Assembly (NCBI GenBank): GCA_002269645.1
Contig: NIVC01000099.1
Location: 434,001-498,000, forward strand
DNA length: 64,000 bases
Source of the DNA: Macrostomum lignano
Lineage: Eukaryota
Reading direction: 5' to 3'
Shown here: positions 25,009 through 33,827 of the stretch, piece after piece
How positions within the stretch are numbered: position 1 is the first letter of the stretch
Layout of the letters: every line of letters begins with the position of its first letter
Program-made: the position numbers and the translations under genes
The notes under the pieces: model-generated
What the model was told of the DNA's origin: nothing
Seen by the model: only the letters and a program-made list of their open reading frames with translations
Database searches by the model: none

Positions 25009-25940
25009 ATATTAACACATATGATACAATATTAAAAATGAAATAAAAACTAATAAGTCTAATATACCTAGAGAGCTCAATAAATTATATTCTTATAGTT
25101 ACAGTACAGGAAATTGAAGAATATAAGCCTATATAGACCTAGTTTTAACTATGCCTAGACTAAGCAATAGGCATACAAACAAAACTAAAACTTACACTCC
25201 AGAAAGTATCATAAATATTGTTGCAAAAAATGTAGCCCATTGTAGAAAGGTTAGAAGAAAGTAGTCCATAGCTGAATACTGAAACTGATGTCTGATTTAG
25301 ACTAGGCTTAGTCCAACGAAGATGGACAAACTAGAAATTATTCAAATGGCCAAATTATTGGATAAACTAGAAAACTAATTATCCACGCTAAAAACTCAAG
25401 CCACGGCACACCTGATCCTTGACTATTATACAACTGTCGAAAAATATATAGTATGCTTAAATTTATAACTGAAATGGTTAATAAAGTGGTATGAATTAGA
25501 TATGCTCCCAACTAAAATTTAGAAAATCCGTATTCATCTTTTAAAATTTTGGGCACTGGTAAAGTGTAAAGTATTTTATGTGTAATAGTGCTCAATTTGC
25601 GTGCGCGTGCACTTCTAGTGTTTTCTCCGTATTTCTTTCTGCGTCACCCCACCCCTGCGTATAGCCTTTTCTAGAAATTTCTTTTTGTTTCTGATTGGCT
25701 GAAAACGCGTGAATAACGAGCCCCAACCAATAGAGTGCTTAGTGCCTACCCTATCGACGAAATCCGATTGGTTAGGATTTTCTAAGCTGCGTTTTTCACC
25801 CTGCCCTCCCCATCGCGGTCAGTCTATTTAATCAAGCAAGCTGGAACGCAAATAAATCAAGTTTTTCTCTGACTAAAGAAGTCCCGGCAGTTCAAACTCA
25901 AGAATACGCGGCTACATTGGCGACCACGCCAGTTTTCCAC

Positions 25941-27065
25941 ATGTGGAATAACGACGACTACCTGGAACTACGTGGACGTCTCGTCGGACGACGGCGCAAC
26001 GCAGGCGACGAGGCAGCTTCCGTTTCTACAGAGTCTACGAACGCGTCCAACCCCTTCGTGTCGATGACCACAGTCAGCGAAGCCACAAATCCCTTCCTCG
26101 TTGCCAACGACCTTCAGAGGGCACACTCGGCGGAAGTCTCAACCAACCCGTTCCTTGAAGACATCGACCAAGCGTCAGGGCAGGCCTCAGCAATGCAGCA
26201 GTACGCCTATCCTCCAGCTCACGGATACGCAGCGCTGCCAGACTACAATCCAGTACCGGCTCTTCCGCCAGTACCTAAGCCTGCACCGTACAACGGTCGG
26301 GAGGATTTCGACGACTTTCTCATCAGGATCAGCGCCTATATTAGCCGGTTCCCAGGCCTTTGAGACGCCGACAAGATCAACACCCTGACTGCGTTCCTCG
26401 GACCGGCTTTTGCAACGTACACCACCTGGCTGGCGATCCAGTGTGCCTACGTCGGACTGCCACCGGGGACAACCCTGGACCAGCTACCTGGTGTCCGCTA
26501 TGAGGGCCTCGTTGAACACCTCCGGTCTCGTCACGGCGGGGCCAAGAGTGCAGCGTTACTTCGCCGCGAGTTCCGTGCTCGGCAGCGTCGACCAGAGGAG
26601 AGCTTCGAAACGTACCTGACGGAGCTTCAACGGCTAGCTGCAAGGGCATACCCGGACCCAAGAGCTCAGGCTTACGTCCAACAGACAGTTAGCGAGCAGT
26701 TCATGCATGGTCTCAATGACGGCTACGTCACCGAGCGACTACTGAATCAACCAACACCACCAAGCACTGTGGAGCAGGTTCTACGAATAGCCCAGCAGCT
26801 TCGAGAAACCCGGGCCTACATGGATGCTGGCCGTGGCGAAATCCAGCCCCAGCAACCGAGACCACCACAGAGCCAACTTTCAGCGCCACCGAAACCACTA
26901 ATGCCTCAGCAGCCTGCCTCATCTGGCGGTCGAGGACAGCAACGACAGCAATCACCGGCTAGTTCCAACTGTTTCGGCTGCGGTCAGCCGGGCCACATCC
27001 GACGCAATTGCCCAAACGCCGAGGGGGCTGGTTCACGAGGCCAGCACCGGCCCTCTCAGCACTAA
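25941..27065 (+). pseudogene. gag: gag of element A with in-frame TGA at 26361-26363
   Basis: Similarity to B gag continues in frame across the stop (FPGL*DADKINTLTAFLG vs FSNLTEAIKIQTLSAFLG). CCHC knuckle CFGCGQPGHIRRNC. Confidence 0.88.
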
Positions 27066-30000
27066 CGCATTCGGCCTCAACACCACGCCTCAGCAGCTGC
27101 CAGCCTGGCCAGGTGCGCTTCGTCACAGCGCGCATCCTTAGACGACGGCGCCACTGTCTGATCGACACCGGGGCAGAGGTGTCCTGCATCAGCGATGACA
27201 TATGTAAGAAAGCTAGGCGGCGGCTGCAGCCCAGCAGCATCATCATAAGAGGCGTGGATGGCAACCTACAGTCTGTGCTGGGCGAGACTACTTTGGCAGT
27301 GACTCTGGGAACCGTACAAGTCCATCATCGTTTCGTCGTACTCGAGAAGCTTCACCCGACGTCCGTCATCCTGGGCTGTGACTTCCTCAGTGAACACGAC
27401 GTCTCGGTCCATCTCCAAGCCGGTTGCATCACTTTCAACAGCCTAGGCGTGTCGATTCCAGCTCGAAAAAGTAAAGAGGCAGCACAGACCTGCAAGCTCG
27501 TATCAGCGGCCTCCGTGCAGCTGCAGCCAGGGGAGCGCTGGATAATCCCCGTTAAACCAGCAAAGTCGGCCTCGTGGACGCGATCGGAGTGTCCAGGAGT
27601 CGTCACCGGCACAAGATCACAGGGGCTCCTGGTGGGTCGTTGTGTTGCCAAGCTGGTCGAGAGAGGCATGGGCCTAGCAGTCATCAACGTCGACGACCAC
27701 ACGGTCAACATCAGCGACGGCGACATTGTTGGCATCTTTTCCCCGTTAGGAAGTCAGCCATTCGTTCAGCAATCGGGTGCCGCTGGCAGCACGGCGGCGA
27801 CGGCCGCTGGCAGCACGGCGGCGACGGCCACTGGCAGCACGGCGGCGACGGCCACTGGCAGCACGGCGGCGACGGCCGCTGGCAGCACGGCGGCGACGGC
27901 CGCTGGCAGCACGGCGGCGACGGCCGCTGGCAGCACGGCGGCGACGGCCGCTGGCAGCACGGCGGCGACGGTCGCGGTCAGCACGGCTACATCAACAACA
28001 GCTTTAGCGACGGACTTACCTCGCACCAACTGGCTGAACGACGTGCACATCGAAAGCTCTATCTCCGTCGAAGAGCAACAGTCGGTCAAGGATTTGCTGT
28101 TAGAGTTCAGCACCGTTTTTGCATCCCCTGGCAATGCTGGTCGAACTGCAGTCCTGCAGCATCGCATCGACACCGGCGGGGCAAGGCCGATCCGGCAGGG
28201 TTTGCGGCGTGCAGCGCGTCCAGTCATCGACAAGCAGGCCGAATTGATCGACGACATGCTGACCAAAGGAGTAATCCGGCCGTCTTCATCGCCTTGGGCT
28301 TCGCCAATCGTGCTTGTTCGTAAGAAGGACGGGACAGCGCGCTTTTGCTTAGACTATCGACTGCTCAATGAGGTCACCAAGCCGGACGCTTTTCCAATTC
28401 CGAGGATCGACGACACACTCGATGCGCTGCAAGGCAACGCCTACTTCTCGGCACTCGATCTGGAGAGTGGCTACTGGCAGGTTGAGGTCGAGGAGCGCGA
28501 CAAAGAGAAAACTGCTTTCATCTGCCATCAAGGCCTCTTCGAGTTCAACGTCATGCCGTTTGGTCTGCGCAATGCCCCGGCAACCTTTCAACGCCTCATG
28601 CAGCTGGTGCTCCAAGGCCTGACCTGGCAAGCGTGCCTGGTCTTCATCGACGACGTTATTGTCATGGGCCGGACTATCGAGGAGCACAACTATCGGCTGC
28701 GGGCGGTGTTCGAGCGGCTGCGGGACGCGAACCTACGCTTGAAGCCATCTAAATGCCATTTCGCCAACACCACGATGATCGTCTTGGGCCATCGAGTTTC
28801 CAAGTCGGGTATCACCGTCGACGAGTCAAAGACTGCTGCGATCCGAGACTGGCCTACACCCCGAACTTCCAAGGAGGTCAAGAGCTTCCTAGGTCTCGCA
28901 GCCTACTATAGACGGTTCATTCGGGATTATTCAAAGATCGCCGAGCCGCTACGACGCCTGACGGTTCCGACAGAAAGGTTTCAGTGGACGTCCAAGGCCC
29001 AAGAAGCATTCGACCAACTGAAGGCAACACTGACCTCTGCTCCAATCCTCGCCTTCCCGGATACTAGTGCGACCAGCTCGGAGTTCATTCTGGACACTGA
29101 CGCCAGCGACTGCGCCATTGGTGCGGTACTCTTTCAACTGCAGGCGGGCGAAGAACGAGTCATCGCGTACTCCAGCAGAGCACTAACGAAAGCCGAGCGC
29201 AACTACTGTGTAACGAGGCGGGAGCTGCTGTCCGTCGTTGAGCATGTCAGGAAGTTCCGGAATTACCTGCTGCCTCGGAAGTTCACCGTGCGGGTCGATC
29301 ATCAGTCTCTAACGCACCTGCTGACATTCAAGGAGCCCGAAGGTCAACTCGCGCGGTGGCTGCAGACGCTAGACGAGTTCGACTTCAGAGTACTCTATCG
29401 GCCGGGCCGTCAACACAACAACGCCGATGCGCTGTCCCGTCAGCAGCAGCGCTGTACCAACCAGTGTCGGGTGTGTCGACCAACAAATGAGACCACCAGC
29501 AGGACGACATCCTCGGTTGCCTGCCAGACCGACGCCAACAGTGATGCCGCCGCTGCCGCCCAGATCAACGCAGCGACCATCAAGCTAGTGTCGACGGCTA
29601 CCGACGAAGCTGTTCAGACCGACAATGTGCATGTCTGCGTCGGCACCGTGCCATCAAGGCGCAAGCAAATCCATCAGCCCCGGTCGGACGACAGCGAAGA
29701 AAGCAGCAGCAGCGAGGACGACACCAACGAAGATGAATCCGCAGCGCCAGCGGCAGACAACAGGCCACCGACGCTACGTATGCTTCAGCTGCAGGATCCG
29801 GTTATCAGTCCGGTGTTCCGACTGCTGGCCGACGGCAAGACTAGGTTTACCGACCGACAACGCGACCGAGTACCGCCGGAGAGCCTGGTGCTGGCGCAGA
29901 AGGTGCATGACTTGTGTTTCGTGAACGGTACACTGCACAGGCTGGTCAACACAAAGCCAGTACCCGTCATTCCCCGCTGCCGACAACGCGAATTTGTCGA

Positions 30001-31123
30001 CGAGATTCACAACGTCGGCCACCTGGGCGAAATCAAGACGCTGGCCAGCCTAAAGACGCGTTGCTACTGGCCAAAAATGTCGGAGAGCGTCCGGTTGGCC
30101 GTTCGGTCATGCCAGGTTTGCCAGCGGGCAAAGACTCCGGTTATCAAGCGGGCGCCGCTACAGTCCATCACTGCAGGGTTTCCAATGCAGCGTGTCGGGT
30201 TCGACATTGTCAAGGTCGGCGCTTCCAGAAACGGCAACGATCGGATCCTGAGCATCGTCGACTACTTCAGCAAGTGGACGGAGCTGGTGCCGATTCCGGA
30301 CGAGAAGGCGACGACAATTGCCAAGGCCCTCTTCAACAACTGGATCTCCAGGTGGGGTGCTCCGCATATTCTCCACTCCGACCGCGGCAAGAGCATCGAT
30401 GGCCACATCATTCGCAGTCTCTGTACACTATTGGAGGTCGACAAGACTCGAACGTCGGGCTATCATCCTCAATGTGACGGCCTCGTGGAGAGATTTCATC
30501 GGACACTCCATCAGATGTTGCGCTGCCACCTTCAAACTGTCGATCCGCTGGACTGGGAGGACGCCCTGCCGTACTGTCTCCTAGCCTATCGAAGCAGCAT
30601 CAGCGCGACGACCGGATTTTCCCCACATTTCCTGATGACGGGCCGGGAGGTGGTTCTGCCATTGGACGTTGTCTATCGGTCCCCAGAGCCTCCATCCGTC
30701 GTCGGCCAGTACGCAGTAGAGACCATTCAACGACTGCAGGACGCCTTTGACGCTGTGCGGAGGTCAACTGGCGCGGCTCAACGACGGCAGAAGCGGTACT
30801 ACGATCTGAAAGCCCAGAAGCGCAAGTTTCGCACCGGCGATCTAGTGTGGCTGTTCGTTCCGCCTGCTGTGCTGTCCAGGACCAACTGTCTGCCTCCGAA
30901 GCATCAATCACCGTGGACAGGCCCATTTAAAGTCATGCGCAAGACATCACCTGTCAACTACTTGGTGCGGCCGATCAATTACACGGACGGGGAGATCAAG
31001 GGGCGCGTCGTGCATGTCAACAAGTTGAAGCGAGCGTGTCTGCAACGGACCCAGTCTGCTCAGCGTGCTGATCAGGACGCCAGTAGTGACGATGAAGGGC
31101 AACTTGTTGACGCTGAGGACTGA
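27008..31123 (+). CDS. pol: pol of element A (protease, RT, RNase H, integrase), intact, -1 frame relative to gag
   Basis: LIDTGA, LDLESGYWQ, MPFGLRNAPATFQR, FIDD, DTDASD, NADALSR, HHCC, D-D-E (FDI/SDRG/VER) and GPF motifs in one 1371-aa ORF. Confidence 0.95.
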   Translation: MPKRRGGWFTRPAPALSALTHSASTPRLSSCQPGQVRFVTARILRRRRHCLIDTGAEVSCISDDICKKARRRLQPSSIIIRGVDGNLQSVLGETTLAVTLGTVQVHHRFVVLEKLHPTSVILGCDFLSEHDVSVHLQAGCITFNSLGVSIPARKSKEAAQTCKLVSAASVQLQPGERWIIPVKPAKSASWTRSECPGVVTGTRSQGLLVGRCVAKLVERGMGLAVINVDDHTVNISDGDIVGIFSPLGSQPFVQQSGAAGSTAATAAGSTAATATGSTAATATGSTAATAAGSTAATAAGSTAATAAGSTAATAAGSTAATVAVSTATSTTALATDLPRTNWLNDVHIESSISVEEQQSVKDLLLEFSTVFASPGNAGRTAVLQHRIDTGGARPIRQGLRRAARPVIDKQAELIDDMLTKGVIRPSSSPWASPIVLVRKKDGTARFCLDYRLLNEVTKPDAFPIPRIDDTLDALQGNAYFSALDLESGYWQVEVEERDKEKTAFICHQGLFEFNVMPFGLRNAPATFQRLMQLVLQGLTWQACLVFIDDVIVMGRTIEEHNYRLRAVFERLRDANLRLKPSKCHFANTTMIVLGHRVSKSGITVDESKTAAIRDWPTPRTSKEVKSFLGLAAYYRRFIRDYSKIAEPLRRLTVPTERFQWTSKAQEAFDQLKATLTSAPILAFPDTSATSSEFILDTDASDCAIGAVLFQLQAGEERVIAYSSRALTKAERNYCVTRRELLSVVEHVRKFRNYLLPRKFTVRVDHQSLTHLLTFKEPEGQLARWLQTLDEFDFRVLYRPGRQHNNADALSRQQQRCTNQCRVCRPTNETTSRTTSSVACQTDANSDAAAAAQINAATIKLVSTATDEAVQTDNVHVCVGTVPSRRKQIHQPRSDDSEESSSSEDDTNEDESAAPAADNRPPTLRMLQLQDPVISPVFRLLADGKTRFTDRQRDRVPPESLVLAQKVHDLCFVNGTLHRLVNTKPVPVIPRCRQREFVDEIHNVGHLGEIKTLASLKTRCYWPKMSESVRLAVRSCQVCQRAKTPVIKRAPLQSITAGFPMQRVGFDIVKVGASRNGNDRILSIVDYFSKWTELVPIPDEKATTIAKALFNNWISRWGAPHILHSDRGKSIDGHIIRSLCTLLEVDKTRTSGYHPQCDGLVERFHRTLHQMLRCHLQTVDPLDWEDALPYCLLAYRSSISATTGFSPHFLMTGREVVLPLDVVYRSPEPPSVVGQYAVETIQRLQDAFDAVRRSTGAAQRRQKRYYDLKAQKRKFRTGDLVWLFVPPAVLSRTNCLPPKHQSPWTGPFKVMRKTSPVNYLVRPINYTDGEIKGRVVHVNKLKRACLQRTQSAQRADQDASSDDEGQLVDAED

Positions 31124-32597
31124 CTAACGCACGTTGAGGACTGACTGACTGGTTGTAGCCAGCAATTTTGCTTTATAGGTCGTAGGTCTAGAACTTTTTA
31201 ATAGCGTCTATCTATTAGCTTAGTAATCCTGATATAGATTTAATTGTTCGAAACCCGGTTATCTCGAATTGTTCTATTTGCTACAGCTGGTTCTGTTCTT
31301 CCCTATTGGAGTAGCTTTCATCTGTCGTTTCCACCCCTTGGGTTTAATGAGGACATTAAACTGTTGAAAGGGGAGCTTTTGTAATAGTGCTCAATTTGCG
31401 TGCGCGTGCACTTCTAGTGTTTTCTCCGTATTTCTTTCTGCGTCACCCCACCCCTGCGTATAGCCTTTTCTAGAAATTTCTTTTTGTTTCTGATTGGCTG
31501 AAAACGCGTGAATAACGAGCCCCAACCAATAGAGTGCTTAGTGCCTACCCTATCGACGAAATCCGATTGGTTAGGATTTTCTAAGCTGCGTTTTTCACCC
31601 TGCCCTCCCCCATCGCGGTCAGTCTATTTAATCAAGCAAGCTGGAACGCAAATAAATCAAGTTTTTCTCTGACTAAAGAAGTCCCGGCAGTTCAAACTCA
31701 AGAATACGCGGCTACATATGTATCAATTAAATATCCGCACTTTTTATGATGTGTCCGGCATTCTTAAATATTATTGTGTTGTTGTTTAGTTAGTAGTTAT
31801 TCAGTAGTGAGTTCTATTTCCGCGATTCTTACTGTACGTACTTTACTACTATTGTTTTACTGTATGCTAATTCCTATCGTATTTCAAACGCGAATGCGCT
31901 GTGTTTTGGTGTTGTGCTTCTGTGCGCCGTAGTAGTTGTAGTCGTAGGGTTGCATAGCCGTTCCAAAGTTCCAGTCGATCCAGTTTTAATTCAATAATAG
32001 ATATAGACATTATTTAGAATATATATTAATTACTTTGACTACATAGATTGTTCAGATACGAATACAAATATATAAATGAAAATGATTTAAGGCGCATTGC
32101 ACCCACAAGCCAAGAACGCATTCGTTCATTCATCTGTCATCACAACAAAAATAAGGCGATTCTTTGAATTATTGGACTTCAAGAAACTTATTTTACATTG
32201 GCGACCACGCCAGCAAAGAAACGCTGGATCTGCACATTTACGGCCAAGTCAAGTATATTCATTATTGCCTATTCTGCTCTGCCTACTGACTACTGTCTAT
32301 GCCTAATGGATCATAAAGACAATTGACAATATTATTTTTTGGTCAGCTATTTTCAATAATATCAACCTGCTTATTGAAGAACTGATATTCATTTGGACCT
32401 AATTGCTATTATAAATTAATTATCTTGCTTGACTAGTTCTCATTGAAATTTAGTCTTATCAACATATTATTAAATGTCAACAAATAAGACCTTTGGCATT
32501 AGCATCAAAGAATTATATTATTAACTTTTCAAAGACTTCTTGAGACCAATAAGGACCTATCAGTATCATCATCATCAATTGATTAATTGCTGCCAAA

Positions 32598-33827
32598 ATG
32601 CCACCAAAGAAAGTAGTGCCTACAGGCAAATTAACAAAGACAAAAAGTGCTTCAAATACTAGCAAACCAAAGACAAGGTCTACTACTAAAAACAAGGCAA
32701 ATAGTCAGCAAGTGCCATTATCATCAGTTGCTACTAAACACTTGTGTCCATCTAAAAGTGCTAATAACAGTGCTCAGCCAATCAAATCCGAGGTTGAAGC
32801 TCCTAAAATAGTAACTCAAACAAACCAAGAATGTGATTCAATTTCTGTTACAAATCCAGTAGACTATTCAAGGCCTAATCAATATCCAATTAACTCTTTA
32901 CCAGTTGCTAGTCATCTTTTGCAACCTATTGAATCTAAGTATCAAGCTATGCAAATTCAATTGCCGCCAATTCCAAAGCCAATGCCATTTAATGGAAAAG
33001 AAAATTTTGCGGATTTCCTATGCCGGATTGAAAGCTACATCAGTAGGTTTTCAAATTTAACTGAAGCAATTAAAATTCAAACTTTATCAGCATTCTTAGG
33101 ATCAGCATTTAGTACTTATCGCTCGTGGCTCTCAACTATTTATGTAACGCATGGTGTGCCTGTCAACACTCCATTAGAAAATATTCCAAATGTCACTTTC
33201 TTGGAATGCACAGAATTTCTCCGAGGCCGCCATGGTGAGAAAAGCAATGTTGTTCTACGCCGTGAACTTAGAAATCTATCTAGGAAACCAACAGAGACAT
33301 TTGAGCAATTTCTTACTGCTTTACAAAACCTGGCTATCCAGGCCTACCCAGATGCAATTGCTACTGAAGTTGTGCAAACCATGATCTTAGATCAGTTCAT
33401 AACTGGCATCAATGACCTCAAGGTCATGGAGCATCTATCAAATCTCACCAACTTGGAGACAGCAGAACAGGCCTTGCAGATTGCACAGCAAGTCCGTGAG
33501 ACACAGCAACTCTTAGCAAAAGCACCAGCGAGTAGTCAGCAAGTCTCTTTAGTACAGCCTGAAAGCCATCAAAACAAGCAATCGTTACCACCAAAAAGTA
33601 ACCAGCCACAACCAAAGTATCATCAGCAGCAAAAATTTACGCAGAACCAACCAAAGTCAAATCAGCCAGCAAATAACAACTTTCAGCAACAACAGAAATA
33701 TCCTAATCAGCAAGCAAGGTACCAACAGGTCACTTGCTTTAGATGTGGCCAACTTGGACATGTGCAAAGAGTGTGCCCAAACTTGATGCAGGCTGGATCA
33801 GGGGCCAGACCCCAGCCTTATCATTGA
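32598..33827 (+). CDS. gag: gag of element B, intact
   Basis: 409-aa ORF after the PBS, capsid-like region homologous to A gag, and CCHC knuckle CFRCGQLGHVQRVC. Confidence 0.9.
   Translation: MPPKKVVPTGKLTKTKSASNTSKPKTRSTTKNKANSQQVPLSSVATKHLCPSKSANNSAQPIKSEVEAPKIVTQTNQECDSISVTNPVDYSRPNQYPINSLPVASHLLQPIESKYQAMQIQLPPIPKPMPFNGKENFADFLCRIESYISRFSNLTEAIKIQTLSAFLGSAFSTYRSWLSTIYVTHGVPVNTPLENIPNVTFLECTEFLRGRHGEKSNVVLRRELRNLSRKPTETFEQFLTALQNLAIQAYPDAIATEVVQTMILDQFITGINDLKVMEHLSNLTNLETAEQALQIAQQVRETQQLLAKAPASSQQVSLVQPESHQNKQSLPPKSNQPQPKYHQQQKFTQNQPKSNQPANNNFQQQQKYPNQQARYQQVTCFRCGQLGHVQRVCPNLMQAGSGARPQPYH

Larger units (their letters stand above)
25581..31716 (+). mobile_element. Ty3/Gypsy LTR retrotransposon A (inner, nested in B's 5' LTR)
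   Basis: LTRs 25581-25916 and 31380-31716 differ only by one C in a C-run. TSD TATG (25577-80 and 31717-20), PBS at 25918, PPT GAAAGGGGAG at 31366-31375. Confidence 0.96.

Noticed and set aside
26358-26369. Programmed stop-codon readthrough at the gag TGA (and the pol TAG at 35819)
   Set aside because: The contexts (TGA GAC and TAG TTT) are not known leaky contexts, and the homologous element has a sense codon at each site. Nonsense mutation or error is simpler.
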